Positions 42,863 to 59,514 are shown, counted from the first letter of the stretch. The stretch: 64,000 nt of DNA from Eledone cirrhosa (GCA_964016885.1 OZ024756.1:32736001-32800000), one strand, 5' to 3'. Made by a program: numbers and translations. The notes: generated by a model from the sequence alone, not told the origin.

Positions 42863-43274
42863 ATATATATGCGTGCCTATACATGCATATGTATGTGCAT
42901 TACGAACGAGGATTATAAATAAAATCCTAATAATTTGCTGGCGCTGGTATCTAAAATATATCATGAGAGTTACTCTTCATCCGAGTTGTGCGGAGGAAAC
43001 AAAGATGGCAGCCAGTTCTTTGACCACTCATCCATCTCACTTTAAACGGGAGAAGAGGGGACTGTTGTATCCATTTATATCTAAATAGAAACGACTTATT
43101 CAGCGTATTCAACGTATAACGCATTAACAACACCTTATTTATGTATTTTTCTTTCCTTCCCTTCCTTCAGCTACTCTATACGTACATACATACATGTTTA
43201 TGGTTTATGTACATACACCAACACACACTCACTCATATTTATACATATTTATACATCCTCCCCCCTTCTCTCTC

Positions 43275-43342
<68 letters not shown>

Positions 43343-43467
43343 ATATGTATAGACACACACATACATTTATTCATATATATATATATATACATATGTGTTA
43401 TGCATATATATATATGTTTTATGCATATATATATATATATATATGCATATATATATATATATATTTA

Positions 43468-43511
<44 letters not shown>

Positions 43512-43657
43512 TTTAGGCATATATATATATATATATACACATATATTTATACATATATATATACACGTATTTTTATGCACACATATATATATATATATAC
43601 ATATTTATATATATTTATGCATATATATATATACGCATATTTTTATGCATATGTATA

Positions 43658-43778
<121 letters not shown>

Positions 43779-43803
43779 GCATATATAGATGATTATATAG
43801 ATG

Positions 43804-43844
<41 letters not shown>

Positions 43845-44448
43845 TATGCATACATAAATCACGGCGTTAGCACATCAGGCTCGTTACCGGAAACCCTGGG
43901 AACCTGATCAAAAGTTTTAGGGAATATAAATTTACCGAATAATTCTTAACATGTATCCTAGATGTATCACACCCCTCTACTTTCAAGCCATATATACGAT
44001 CGTAAAATGATAGTTATTCGCTTGTTTGGCATATGCATTTAATCTTCAAATGCTGAACCCTTTGCCAATCGATTTCCACCGGTGTATTCTCAATTAGGAA
44101 ATTTATCTCTAGCTAAAACCAACAAGGTGTTATTGGATTGTATAAGAACGATAGGTGATACTACAAATAACAATGATAACAATAATAACAGCAAGCGATA
44201 TATTACTACGCTATAAATCACAGAACAAAGCCGAGTAGATGTAACTTACAAGTCACAACCTGGCACTAAAATGTGGCGATGAGGCGATGTGTGTAGGTAT
44301 ATTGTGAACACAGAGGTGAAACCTTCTCGTACGGTGAGAAATTCGCATGTGATAATAACACAAGAAATGTGTTATCCTATGATCATAAAAGCAGTAGGGA
44401 TCAGGTATAGGCAAAAATCTTAAGGAAGGAAAATGGCAGAGAATGTAT

Positions 44449-44610
<162 letters not shown>

Positions 44611-44834
44611 TATTATATATATATGAGAGAGTGCTTGAGTGTATGTTTGCGTTCATTAGGTGTGTATGTTTTTATATGTATAGAGATACATATGGCTGCT
44701 GCTTATAACACTTTGATTCATTTGAAGGTAAAACATTAATATTTTCTAGAAACTAAGGACAATAACATTAATTTTCTGAAATAGTCTTGACTTGATTTAT
44801 TATTGGAAAAGTGTATATGCCTAGCACTATCCTT

Positions 44835-45365
44835 TAAATATCAACCTTGTCTTTCATTCATCCGAGATAGATAACATATAGTACCAATTATGTGCTCGGA
44901 ACAATTATCATTGACTTTCTTCTGCCATCAGATATTTGAGATTGAGTCACACTTACAAAGAATTATTTTAGAGTTCTAATTCCATCTAGGTCAAATTTAC
45001 CTTTCCTCTCTGCCATGTCAATAAAATCAAGTGCCAGTTGAGCAGTGTGGGTTACGGAATTAACTTTCAATCGACAAGGGTTTGCTTACCTTGTGCCGAA
45101 ACTAAAAATCAAATCCCACCGAGGTTAACTTTGCCTTTCATCCTTACGATAAAATAAAGTACCAGTAATGCACTGAGTAAATGCTGGCCTTGTGCCAAAA
45201 GTAGAAACAATTATTTGGATCACGTTCAAAATTCGTGGTGGACAACATTACCTTTTATCCTTTTGGAATCAATAAAATATAGTAAAATACCAATAATGAG
45301 GATGATATTATCGACTTTGCTCCCTCTCCCAAATTACTGGCCTTGTGCCTAAAATAGTAATCATT
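44835..45365 (+). mobile_element. Cluster of about 4 SINE family 1 copies of different ages
   Basis: Young copy at 45110-45213; diverged gata.aa.at.agtacca units around it. Confidence 0.75.
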
Positions 45366-46368
45366 ACCATTATTATTATCCTTGCTACTTTTTTACTTGA
45401 TCTAACCACTCCCCCTGATTTTTGCTATTTCGCTTGCATACTGTTTCTAATATTTTCGGCAATATCAAAGTAAACGTTATAACTATTATTAATAGCTTAC
45501 ATAATTATGGGCTTGTACAGCTAGAAGTCTGAGCATACATTATTGCTAGCCTGCATTTTTATATGCTCATGCAAATCAAAAGAAAGGAATATTCAATCAT
45601 GTAAGGAGATAGTTATAAAGGCGCAAACATTATGCACAATCAGATAGATATTCAAGTATGTAGGCATGAATTTTATATGCTAACATTTACATATCCGCAT
45701 TTTCAGGGTTTGCAAACACGAGTAAATTTGCCCAACAGCAAAACAGAGAATATTAGAATGTAGTTTTGCATGTGTTAATGTGGGCGAGTGTGTAATGTGG
45801 ATATAATTTATTTTCATTTTCAACATAGCGAAGCGAACTTTTGCACAGAATGGGTTTAAAAAAAACTCCGAGTTACAAGAGAGTAATCACAGTTGTATTA
45901 GAAATGTATAAACGCATACACACACAGGATGCTGAGCATGAAGAGAAGAAACCTGACACTACAACATCCATCTTAGAATAGATTTACATTTGCAGTCGCA
46001 GTAGCTGTGTCTGCCATTGATATATTGGTATTGGCAGCCACCAGCGTGACTGCTATAGACATGGGCATGCACCTTCATAAATCTCCGTTAATTGACCCAG
46101 CACACCATGTTGTGTGTGTCTGTAGTTGGGGAGTGGGGGTGTTTAAACATATGCTCCCATATATCTATTCCAGTTCAGTATTTGGCCGTTTTGTTTTTAA
46201 CCTCATAGCAATTCCTCATATCAATCAATTAATTTCACCAGGTTCCCAGTTCAAAACATAACTTCTTTTGCATAATGGAGAGATTTGTCCCAGAATTTCC
46301 CATTGTGTTCTAATATCAGAATCTTGTGTAAGGCATCCAAAATATATACCATTATAACTGATGTTGTG

Positions 46369-46423
<55 letters not shown>

Positions 46424-46612
46424 CGTTGGCGGTGAGCTCAGTAGGTTATTCAACTATCTATTTTAATGTGAGGCGTTGTGTCCTTGAGCAAAATAAGTTA
46501 TTTCGCATTACTCAAGTTGGCATTTTTGAGCTGTACGTTTAATTCAAATGATCAGGCTTGTCGGATACTGATATAAAGTATTAATGTATGTATACACACA
46601 CACATACACCCG

Positions 46613-46678
<66 letters not shown>

Positions 46679-47105
46679 GTGTTTCTGAGTGAGTGTATAT
46701 ACATAGTTATTCGGTTGAATAGTTCAGAAAGTCAACTTAAATCAGACGGTTCGCTAAATATATCTACTCAACGTGATAGTCATTTATTTCGATATTGACA
46801 TTGTAACTTTGTTTCACTTAGGCTTTCTTCGTGTATATATGTATATATATATATATATATATATACATATATATATGTATATATATATAAGTGTGTTTGT
46901 CTGCCATCTCTCTTTTCGCGCTCGTATTTCTTTGTCTGAAATTCGATAAAAGAAATGGAACCAATCAATGAGGTGTTTATATAGATATACACGCTCACAT
47001 ACACATATACACACTAACACACTTACAGACACTCACACCAACATATATACACATTGATTGAGCCAGAGACACAAACACACACTCACTCTGAGGCACCCCA
47101 CACCC

Positions 47106-47166
<61 letters not shown>

Positions 47167-47451
47167 AACACGCATATATATATAAACAAATATATATATA
47201 CAATATCTATATATATATTGAGAGAGAGAGAGAGAGGGAGAGAGAGAGAGGGAGATATCACATTCGGGACAAATTAACACGTCTCATTGTACAATTTAAC
47301 ACAGTGACGGTGAAAAGATAAGTAATGTTTACCAATGATGAATGCGTGTTTGTGTTTACACACACATATGCACGTATATATATATATATATATATACTTA
47401 GTTTATACTTATATATACATACATATACATATATCTATAAATATATACTTC

Positions 47452-47501
<50 letters not shown>

Positions 47502-47504
47502 TTC

Positions 47505-47576
<72 letters not shown>

Positions 47577-47817
47577 TTCGTTTATATATAGAGAAAATGG
47601 CGGCTACACAATGGGAAAAACTACAAATGTAAGACAACGTAAATGTATCAACGCAATACCAATATAACAAACATAAGATAGAATTATATCAGTCAATGAT
47701 AGTAACTTCTCTGATAGATATGATACCTTGTAGTGATAACAAGATTACTTTATGTCCCTCTCTGTCTGTGTCACTCTCTCTCTCTCTCTGTTTCTTTACC
47801 TATCTATCTATCTATCT

Positions 47818-47973
<156 letters not shown>

Positions 47974-48620
47974 ATTGGTGTATAAAGATGGCGTAGAAAA
48001 TACGAAAGAACTTTGATAAACTATATATATGTGTTTGTGTCTATATTGTATCTGTATTATTTTTGACCGTTGGTCAGTCAATGGCAACATTGAGCACCGA
48101 ATAAATTAGATTATATATATATATATATATATATATGTGCTTTTTCATAATCACACATGATGGCGAACTAGCCAGTTTTAGAATCCCCTTTTTCGGATTA
48201 TAATACTGTGAGAGCCCTGGTTTCTGTTGAGCTCTGCTGACGATTGAAATCCAACCGTGACCATCTCCACTGAAAGTTTTCATGAAATAGTCTTTTAAGA
48301 CTATACAGAGCATTTGATGTTATTCCAAATTGAAGGATAAGTGTTTTAAACTTTATTTTATCATGAGTTAAAGGTCTATTGATTTTTCCCTGGATTTCAC
48401 TAAATTCTGTGGATGAATTTGTATCCTGATTCTCTTTTGAGATGAGTTTGAATTATTTTTCCTAAATCTTACGTTAACTACTTTTCCCATCTTGACGTTA
48501 TAGTCGCATATATGTTATAGAATACTATTAGCTTCTCGCTAAAACAATCTCTATACCTCTCATTTCAAGGGAAACCAAGGCAAATTGTGGTGCATATATA
48601 TATATATCTTTATCTCTCTC

Positions 48621-48684
<64 letters not shown>

Positions 48685-48769
48685 TCTATCTATTTCTCTT
48701 TCTCCCTCTCTCCCATTATAACCTCACAACTTTCTTGGTATATGTTCATGACTTAACAGAAATTAATTT

Positions 48770-49460
48770 TTGGGCGGTTTGGCACGAAGCTCTATAGAGT
48801 CGGATGGATACAATACTGAAGAGTATTTAGTAACGACTTTCTACGGTTTAAATTCAAATTCACCGAGAACTATATTGTCGGTCATGATTCTGTGCTCGAT
48901 AAATATAGTACCAATTAGGTATTGGATTCTGGTGTCAATATAATAGACTTTCGTTTCCCATAAATTGCTGGCATTTTTCTGTTAGCAGTAACAGTAAATC
49001 ACCGGACAACGTGATTTGTGGTATTTAGTTTCAACTTTATACGTCCTGAGTTCAAACTCCGTGGAAGTCAACTTTGACCTTCATTCTCGTAGGGCCAATG
49101 AAAATAAGTACCAGTTAAGGATTGGGGTCTATATGTGTTGACATTCTTCTCCTCCGAATTTACAGACCTTGTGCTAATATTAAAAATATAAAATAACCTC
49201 CATTTTATTATTGGGTTAGGTAGAATGGCAGAATCCTTAGATCATCAAGTTAGCTCTATTTGTTCAGATATCCAAATCGATTTTTAACGTAAAGCTATCC
49301 AGTATTGGTTTCGAACAACAAGCTTTGTAGCATAGTGATTATGGCTCTTTACGTTCTGAGTTCAAATCAAACCGTGGTTAGCTTTGCCTTTAATCCTTAC
49401 TCGGTCCATAAAGTAAAGTACCAGTGATATACTGGTGTCAATTTAGTCTACATTCTCCTT
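48770..49460 (+). mobile_element. Three diverged SINE family 1 copies
   Basis: Repeated (gag)ttcaaa...aactttg.cttt.at.ct...agtacca units. Confidence 0.75.
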
Positions 49461-49519
49461 CCTTCCTTTGAATTGTATACGATTGGCAGAAACTTTAGAA
49501 TGTCATCTGAAATATAGAA

Positions 49520-49930
49520 TATAATTGTTTCAACTCTTGGCACAAGGCCAGCAAATATCCCAGTGCATTACTGGTACTTTATTTTATCGACCCCGTAATG
49601 ATGAAAGGCAAAGTTAACCTCGGCGGGATTTGAACTGAGACCACAAAGGGCCGTAATTCTATGTTGCAAAGCATGTCGTCCGACCCTCTACCGATATTGC
49701 CAAAGCACCAATCTAGAATATAATGGTTTCTTATATAGGCACAAGGCCAGCAAATTTGGGGGAGGGGAAAGTCGATTAAATCGATCCCAGTGCGAAACTG
49801 GTACTTTATCTTATCGACCCCGTAAGGATGAAAGGCTAAGTGAACCTCAGCGGGATTTGAACTCAGACCGCAAAGGACCGTAACTCTATACTGCAAAGCA
49901 TGGCGTCCGACCCTCTACCGATACTGCCAA
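49520..49930 (-). mobile_element. Two tandem SINE family 1 copies
   Basis: ggcacaaggccagcaaat...ggtactttat.ttatcgaccccgtaa...gggatttgaact...ctctaccgata.tgccaa occurs twice. Confidence 0.92.
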
Positions 49931-51022
49931 AACACCAATCTAGAATATAATGATACTTAGTTATGGAGTTTTACGCACTGATGTCAAACAAGACAGTGCT
50001 ATAATTTAATGTTTTCCTTTGTATGTTTAGCAGTCCATGGGGTGGGATTTGTGGATTTATTTTAGAGCGTGTCGTGTTTCCTTATATCTGTGTGTTTTCC
50101 AGAATTTTATATTCTCACTCTAAATTTTGACTGGGGATGTATATTGCACCTTTAGCTAAGGCTAATCTCTCAACCGAGGGATTACAAAACATTTTAAAAG
50201 CTAAAATGGTTGGCTTAGGATTGAGGCCCTATGCTACACCACTTGGACGATGAGGATATGGGAAATGACGAAAGTGATGCTGAGGCAACTATGATAATAA
50301 TGACGCTGAAACGGATATCACGTATGACAACGATCATGGCGATGAGGGTAAAATGTTGAAGAGGTTGTTGCTGATGATGAGTTAGTCGATCAAAATTAGA
50401 GTTGCTTTCATCAGTAAAATACAGCCGTATAGGGAACAATACATAAGTCTCTCTCTCTATATATATATGTGTATAGATATACATATATAATGTGTGTGTG
50501 TGTGTGTATTTATAGATTTAGCCCCGGTAAATCCAATAAAAGCCTCATTGGATTGGAAGTTAGGTTATCCCGCCTCCCTCTTTATTAAAACATTGCAGAG
50601 TTCTACAAAAAAAACAAAAAAACAAAAAAAAAAAAACAACGAGAACGAAACAATGGCACATTCTAAATAGGTTTATTCCCAAAGTAAGGAATCTTTCCAG
50701 CTCACAAATCACCAGATTACTCACATAGCAAAGCAAAATATAAAGCTCATTTTTTTGAAGGTCAAACCACTTAACTACGCTAAGTGTTTCTCCACACATC
50801 ACTCCTTTTAATAACATACACACTATAAACATACTATCGTATATATACGGATGTGTGTTCGACATGTATGAGTGTGTGTTAGTATGTAGAAGCATGTATT
50901 TCTGTGAATATCTTGAATATGTGTGAGAGTGTATATGTATCTATGTGTTTGATTTGTATACAATATATATATATATCTTCTGTTTGGTTAATATATGTGT
51001 GTCGTTGGGTATGTATGCGTGA

Positions 51023-51100
<78 letters not shown>

Positions 51101-51330
51101 GTGTGTGTATATATAATCGACATGACATTTTTGTTTTAGCTGCGTATGTATGCACATGTATCTGTATAAAATGTGCGTGCTTCATTTTGTGAGAGTGTTT
51201 GTGTGCCTGCATGACTATAACTATATGACAAGTATATGCTTGAAAGTATGTGTCCGTGTGCGTATGTGTATTAGTTTACATGCATCTCTATGATGTGTAT
51301 GTTTGATTCTCTATGCCCATGTGTGAACAC

Positions 51331-51366
<36 letters not shown>

Positions 51367-51642
51367 TGCATATTCATGTGTGTGTTCGTGCCTGTATTTA
51401 TATGTGTATGTGTCTGCGTTTATGTCACACAAAAATAGAGATATGCGATACGCATAATTAGTATCAATTATGAAGTACTTCTGGTAGATATGATATTCAA
51501 AAACGCTGTTGAAAGTGGTGCACCAGTAACGCTTCAATCTAGTATGGAATGATATCGTATAGTTCTGTATCTCCAGCGATAGTCGTATAGGCAACGTATT
51601 AACACTGGGCATTATAAGCTTGGTGCCGCTCACTTCTCTCTA

Positions 51643-51830
51643 GGCCTGAGTACAGCAAAGTTCTTCCAGAAAAAGAATCGACCCTAGTATTAGCCTGGTA
51701 CTCTTTTTATCGACCGCGTAATGATAAGAGGCAAAGTTGATCTAGGCGGGATTGGAACTCCGAGAGCAAAAATCCGCAATGAATACTGTAAAGCATTCTA
51801 TCCGACGTTCTAACCAATTTGCCGCCTAAT
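51643..51830 (-). mobile_element. SINE family 1 variant
   Basis: Shares blocks with 36478-36650; ggtact..tttatcgacc..gatt.gaactc. Confidence 0.7.
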
Positions 51831-51864
51831 TACTGTACCTCAATCTGTGACATTATTATATATG

Positions 51865-52205
51865 AAGCATAGAGTTACCTCCCTGTATGATCTGAGTTCA
51901 AATCCCGCCGAGGTTAACTTTGCCTTTCATCCTTCCAGTGTCGATAGAATAAAGTACCAGTAATGCATTGGGTTATTAGCTGGCCTTGTGCCAAAAGTAG
52001 AAACAATTATTATATATCGAGGGCGAGTGCGTTTGCAGTAACGGCAGGTCGGACGCCATGCTTTGCAGCATAGAGTTACGGCCCTGCATGATCTAAATTC
52101 AAATCCCACCCAGGTTAACTTTGCTGTTCATCCTTACGGCGTCGATAAAAAAAGTACCAGTTATGCACTGGATTAATTGCTGGCCTTGTGCCAAAAGTAG
52201 AAAAA
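51865..52205 (+). mobile_element. Two tandem SINE family 1 copies
   Basis: B-box, centre and tail are each present twice. Confidence 0.92.
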
Positions 52206-52533
52206 AATATTAAATATCGTTTGGCGAAGGATCTCATATTTCCATTGTGTTGTGTTATCAATTGTAGCACTTCCGCTTTATAAACACCGTGATTTAGAAC
52301 TAAGTTAAATGAATTGAAATCAAATGAATGTTTAGCCTTGACATTTTAATTAATATATTTCATAAAGTGCTGTGCCTATGACTTGACTTCATTTTGTATT
52401 TTTGCCTAAGAGTACACATTCACTCCTTAGCAAATACGTATAGACACATATACACTTGCACACATATACACAAAGTCGAACTTTATACATACGTCACATA
52501 ATATGCATATCTGTATATGCATCTATATCTATA

Positions 52534-52569
<36 letters not shown>

Positions 52570-52640
52570 TGTGTGTGTGTGTATATATATATATGTATGT
52601 ATATATATATGCACATATATATGTGTGTATATATATATAC

Positions 52641-52708
<68 letters not shown>

Positions 52709-54264
52709 GCAAATTGCTGTGCTAGCCAATTTGTTGCATTTCCTTCAACAGTGATTTCAGGCGCCAAAATTGCTTTTACATTATAATTATCTAAGACAAC
52801 ACATCCTGCCATACAAACGCACACACATGCATAGAGACGTACACACTCATTTACATAGATAGATATCTAAACATACATCCATAGATACACGTATGCATAA
52901 TGAAATGCATACATACATTTATACATACGTATATATACATATATATATAGATAGATAGATACACATACATACATGTTTACATACATATGTAGATTCATAC
53001 ACACATACACACAAATACACACTACTACGTCTGAGATTCCAATACTTTTAATTACTATCAATTTCATTTCCCATCTGGCTGATGTGGCTGCTTTAAATCA
53101 TGTTTACAAGAGTGCTAATTTACGCCTGTTCTCGCCACCAATAACTCCACAGCGATGGCAAGATAGACATTTATATAATGACAATAAAATAAAAAAAAAT
53201 TGAGTCCACAACATGCCATTAATGTACACACGTGTGGAATGAACCATTGGTTTAGGTAAATATGTGGACCTGAAATATTTTTATCTAACTAATGAGACCG
53301 TGCTGTAAATATTGACGGCAATAGCGTTTACATTAGTTACTGTCTGGCACTTAGGCTTGGCACGCTTGGTACACCTAGCTTATTTGTTATATGGCTAATG
53401 AAATAATGGTGTGCATAAGAGAAACACTATAGTTTTTGTTGATTATTGGCACGTTGAAGTGATTAAATATAAGAGTAACGCTTCAATAAAGGTAATATGT
53501 TACTACATTTGAGTGGCGATCCAAGAGACAAGATTTAAAGAATAATTGCTAGATACTACCACAGGGGTATGGTCCGAACATGGAAGAGCCGAACTCCCAC
53601 TGTCATCGGCTCCATCTCTCTCGCCCTCCCCATCTCAGAATGGTGACGTGGAAATTGATATAAGGCTAAATAGGATTAACACGTATGCTGGTGTACATTA
53701 TTTCGGTTCTGAGGGCTTTTTATACCTTTTTAATGTTAGGATAGGGTGTTATGTGACATTCGTTCCGACTCTCTGCTCTCTGAGTTCAAATCCCCCCCCC
53801 CCCCCCCGATGTCAGATTTGCCTTTCATCATTTCGAGATGGATATAAAAATGTACCAGTCTAGTACTGAGGTCGGTTATTCCTCTAGATCCCTTACTTGC
53901 TTCCTGTCATTTTCTCTCCTTGTCAAGAAGAAAACTGCTGTTCTCAAACCTGAAGATTGATGGGCTCCACCAGGCTTAAAATGCCCAATAAAAGCCGTAT
54001 GTCACTACAACGCCCCTACGATGCTATTAGGAATGATGAGATCATACCATACAATTATTAACTTATTTTTTTAGTAAAAAAATACGGTGAAATGTTCAAA
54101 TTCTCTTGCTGCCCACTTTCTACAAGTCGACGTTTCCACTAACAAAGACACACATATATATAAGTCTGAAATATACAATGGGATGGTCAAGTTAGGGACA
54201 CACAGGATCATAGGTTACCTGACATTTTGTAAAATAATTGTTTGTACCTTTGACACTTTTGCAT

Positions 54265-54406
54265 TTCTGGTAATTTATTTTATCGACCCCATAAGAATTA
54301 TAGGCAAATTTAACCTCGGCGGGATTTAAACTCAGATCATAAAGGGCCATAACTCTATGCTGCAAAGCGTGGTGTCTGACGTTCTAGTGATACTGGCAAT
54401 TCACCG
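54265..54406 (-). mobile_element. SINE family 1
   Basis: tttattttatcgaccccataag...aacctcggcgggatttaaactcaga. Confidence 0.88.
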
Positions 54407-54789
54407 ACTTTTTGTAAAATAATGTTGTCTTTTTGATAGTTATGTATGTTTTTACTACTATACAGATATGATTACTTTAGCTTCTGTAGATTGCTGTATG
54501 TCAGAAGGAAATTATACTGATATGATCCTGGTTAGGACTCATGTGGTCATACGTCAGCTCGACCATGGCTGACGAAAGGCTAAATAGTGATAACTATCTA
54601 CACACGAATTAAGTGAAATTGCTTACGTTACGTGTTTTTGTCACTCTAAACTATTAAGAATGTAGTTTGAAGTAGAAGATAGTGTCAGCCGTAGAGTCAT
54701 ATAGTAAAACGATTTTCCAGGCATTCTCTTATCTGCTTCTTTTGAAAGTTTATCACCTATGAATTCTCTGAATCAGCGCCATATATAGG

Positions 54790-54935
54790 TGATTTTATTG
54801 AGGATAATGATGGTAATCGTGGTGGTGGTGGTGTTGAGGTTGATGATAATGATGATGATGATCTTGATGATGATCATGACGATGATGACGATGCTGATGA
54901 TGACAATGTTGATGATGATGATGATGATGATGATA
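54790..54935. repeat. (GAT)n repeat
   Basis: Direct inspection. Confidence 0.92.
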
Positions 54936-55349
54936 TCGTTTTCTGGAGTAACACACCTGTGTGTTTATGGAAAACATAGTAAAACAGAAAAGAAAACATT
55001 TTCACACCAAACATTTCATAGAATTAGTCTGATTTCCATCCCCAATACACTTCAAATGATATCAGCCGTTCTCTGATTGTGTTGATAAATGGTTTGATAT
55101 GTTTGACACCTTAAACGTTTTTATATTCTAGCAGCGAAAAATAAAAACAATATGATGGTGTCTTTAGATATTCTATAGATAATATATGCGACAAAATATT
55201 TTGCAGAGTTTTTAATCATGTTCTTGTACGTTTTGAGTTTAATTCTCCGAGGGATGGTTGTCCTGTCTTAAACACTGAGTTGCTAGACGCGAAAGAAAAC
55301 CAGGCTAAAAAGCGGCTTAATGAACATTATGGCTTTAGAAAGACTTCAG

Positions 55350-55396
<47 letters not shown>

Positions 55397-55566
55397 AGTG
55401 TGTGTGCCTGTGTGATTGTGTGTGTTTCTAAATATCTTGAATAAGCAAATACACATACATGACCCGAGGAAAAAGTATTTGAAACAGAAAATATTCTATA
55501 TGTTCATATACATATGTTTAAATGTAAACAGCTAATACATAATTAGAAGACAGTTTATATATATGT

Positions 55567-55609
<43 letters not shown>

Positions 55610-55637
55610 GGTGGGGAATTATGTACAGATGGATGTC

Positions 55638-55670
<33 letters not shown>

Positions 55671-55717
55671 CGTGTGTGTGTGTGTGTGTATGTATGTGTG
55701 TGTGTGTGTGTGTGTGT

Positions 55718-55913
55718 TTGGATTGGCAGTAACCTGTAGAGTCGGTCATCATACATTGCAGCATAGAATTACGGTCTGAGTTCAAATTCCACCCAGGTTA
55801 ACTTTGCCTTTCATCCTTACGGGGCCGACGAAATAAAGTACCAGTAGCGCACTGGATTCGTTTAATCGACTTTCCCCTCCCCTCAAATTAATGCCCTTGT
55901 GACTATACTAGAA

Positions 55914-55916
<3 letters not shown>
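55718..55916 (+). mobile_element. SINE family 1
   Basis: ggattggcagt...gagttcaaattcc..gttaactttgcctttcatccttacgggg. Confidence 0.88.
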
Positions 55917-55995
<79 letters not shown>

Positions 55996-56757
55996 GTTGT
56001 GTATAATGGTAGCTATGGTGCTTCCATAGGCGGTATGCCAACATTAGCACTCGATATTCAGCAGAGTAGAGTGTAGATAGTATAAAGAAAACGAAAAATC
56101 AGTGATACATCTGGACTTAATTTATTGCGTTTTACATTTGTTCGCAGGCAGGTAGCTCGAGACATGGTCCTTGTATGGATCTGGCTGATTCTACTTCTGC
56201 GGGTTCTTTCAGACACGGGTGTTTCGTCTGGAGCAAATTTTATCACTAGGGTGTTATCGTCAAAAAACCCCTAAAAAAACCCTACTTCCACTCTTGTCAG
56301 GCCATTGGCTGTTTTTACCCCACGTCATCACAAGTTCTGGTCAGTATCTGCTGCCACACGGGTCACCAGCCATTTTCCGTCCGGCACATTTCGATGGAGT
56401 CATGCTGGGTTCAGTATTTCACACGTCTGTTCACACTTCAGAGTAAGCACTCACACATGCTAATATACACACAGACACTCATGCAGACTCATACATATTT
56501 ATGCATACACACACGTACGCCTAAATGCGCAAACATACACACCCTCACATACATACATAAAAGTATATATACACACGCACTCTCTCCCTCATTTCCACGG
56601 ACACAGTCATACCCACTTGTAGATACATATCGCCACAAGCCTTATGACGGCTGCTTACTTCCCGCCCTGTATCAGGTGGGATAAGCATGGCCTACTCAAA
56701 CATACACATATATACATACATACGCGCGCACACATACATACGCCCAATCTTATATAC

Positions 56758-56807
<50 letters not shown>

Positions 56808-56977
56808 TCATACACATACATATATACATACGCACACACATACACATACATATACACATGTGTATACATATATATATATACACATATATACATACATACA
56901 CGCACATATATATATATACTCACACATGCCCACACATACATACAAATACACATACGTACACAAACATTACATACACC

Positions 56978-57070
<93 letters not shown>

Positions 57071-57928
57071 TGTATATACCTATATGTCATATATTTCTAT
57101 AAAAAGTAAATGTATTTTTAGGTTACACATACATAATGTCGTGTTGAATAGTGTAGTCTGAAGTAAGGACCAAGCGGTCATCGCTTTTCTTTCAGGGAAC
57201 GGGTGCGTGAGGATTTTGAAAACTCAAGCCCCTGCACCAGGCGGCATACGCTCAAGATACGCCACAGCATGTGTTTGTCCATTAATCTGTATGTTTCATA
57301 AAAGGTTATTTCTCTATACAGTATTAGGGTGTGATTGTAGTTCCTGTTGTAGTTGATGTTCTTCACATATATTTGGTTATTGAGTCAGATCTGGCTACTA
57401 TTTCCAGGATGTCACACAATCACACATATATTCTTGGACGAGATATGTCTATTATACTTAGTACATAGATGCTCGATTGGTGATGTACTTGGGACAGATT
57501 ACGCAATAGGTGGAGACATGGCTGCAATTTCTAGTATGCCAAACTATCACAATGAAGCTACTCCGTTTATGTTATTGAGGCAGATTTGGCTATTATTTCA
57601 AACATGTCAAACTAGAAAATAGAGCAAATTGTTGATTATTATAATTTTGTTTTCATCCGGCTGCTATTTCTAGTATATCTAGAAAAATAACACATACACG
57701 ACCTGTAGCTTCCTTGCAAGATTTCCGTCTTTTCATTTTCCTTTTCATTGCATTTCTAAGACTATAACAAATTGGATTTAGACGGAAGGATGTTAAGTAA
57801 CAGGATTCGATGTGAAATCTGGCGAGTCTAAACATTTAGTGGCTTCGCATCTCCATACCAATCTCAGAGTAGTTAGTATATATTTATATACACAGAGACT
57901 GACATATATATACACATACATATATATA

Positions 57929-58257
<329 letters not shown>

Positions 58258-58261
<4 letters not shown>

Positions 58262-58395
58262 CAGGAAAAGAGTCAGAACCCTGAAGGCTGAGCTCCGGCC
58301 GTTTCGACAGCTAGATCCTGTGTTCAGATTTAGCTGTCCAGACGGGTGAAAGCAGCGATTCTTTGCTTAAACTTTAATCTGTTATTTTAATAAAA
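58258..58395. mobile_element. Family B-related element (family E)
   Basis: ggctgagctccggccgtttc-gacagctagatcctg tgtt cagatttagctgtc. The tail cttaaactttaatctg is also near 22045 and 42610; a core fragment lies at 10008-10046. Confidence 0.65.
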
Positions 58396-58410
58396 ATATA
58401 TATATATATA

Positions 58411-58575
58411 TGTCCCAAGGCTCTGATACCATCAACACTATAAACACAGAGCTGGCATATCTAAGAACTGACTAACTGCCTGATGAGGTCATAGCCATTC
58501 AATGGCTATCATCGAAATATATATAGCAGTAAATAAAGGATTATGAGTTCATGCAATTGACTTATGTTTCGGCAC
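58411..58575 (+). mobile_element. Family H element in (TA)n
   Basis: Near-identical to 6488-6652. Confidence 0.9.
58475..58530 (+). ncRNA. Minimal type I hammerhead motif (family H)
   Basis: ACTGC-CTGATGA-GGTcATAGCCATTcAATGGCTATcATC-GAAA-TATATA-TA-GCAGT. Confidence 0.88.
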
Positions 58576-58587
58576 TATATATATATA

Positions 58588-58666
<79 letters not shown>

Positions 58667-58669
<3 letters not shown>

Positions 58670-58872
58670 TGAGTAGGACCCCGACGGCTGAGCTCAAGCC
58701 GTTTCGACGGCTGATTCTGGACTAAAAATAATTTTAGTCCAGAATTAGCCGTCGAAAAGGCTTGAACTCAGCCGTCGGGGTCCTACTCGTTCATATTACC
58801 CACTCTACTACTCTAAGTATTGAGTACTTTGGTACGTTATGGTCCACCTGGTTCCTTACCATATTTCCTTCG

Positions 58873-58874
<2 letters not shown>
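58667..58874. mobile_element. Family B fold-back
   Basis: Centre ctggactaaa..tttagtccag; the long right arm runs to ccttcgtt(TA)n. Confidence 0.92.
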
Positions 58875-58961
<87 letters not shown>

Positions 58962-59299
58962 GGAGGAGACAAATACCACCTGAAATCAGACAATCATAAG
59001 AACAATCACACACTGACACACATAATCATTCAATGTAAAAATGTGCAGGAGTATTTATATCAATACTACCCATGCCAAGCACACACCAAAACACAACGAC
59101 AGCAAAAAAGCACCACTATACTCTGTAGAATGTATATTTCAATAGATTTGGTGTTGGAATAACTGAAGCAAGAAAACAGTGTTTTTCACTTGGCATCATT
59201 ACTCTCTAGTACGATAGTATATTTAAAATATCTTACGTAAATAACTATATATACTCAAGATTGGATATATGCCAGTTGGCCTCATTGTAACCTTGGCTT

Positions 59300-59352
<53 letters not shown>

Positions 59353-59396
59353 TGTATATATGTTATGTATATATATATATATACATGTATATATGT

Positions 59397-59439
<43 letters not shown>

Positions 59440-59458
59440 ATAAGTTATGTATATATGT

Positions 59459-59514
<56 letters not shown>

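Noticed and set aside
54555-54590. Hairpin GTCAGC..GCTGAC followed by GAAA
   Set aside because: No CTGANGA core and no stem I.
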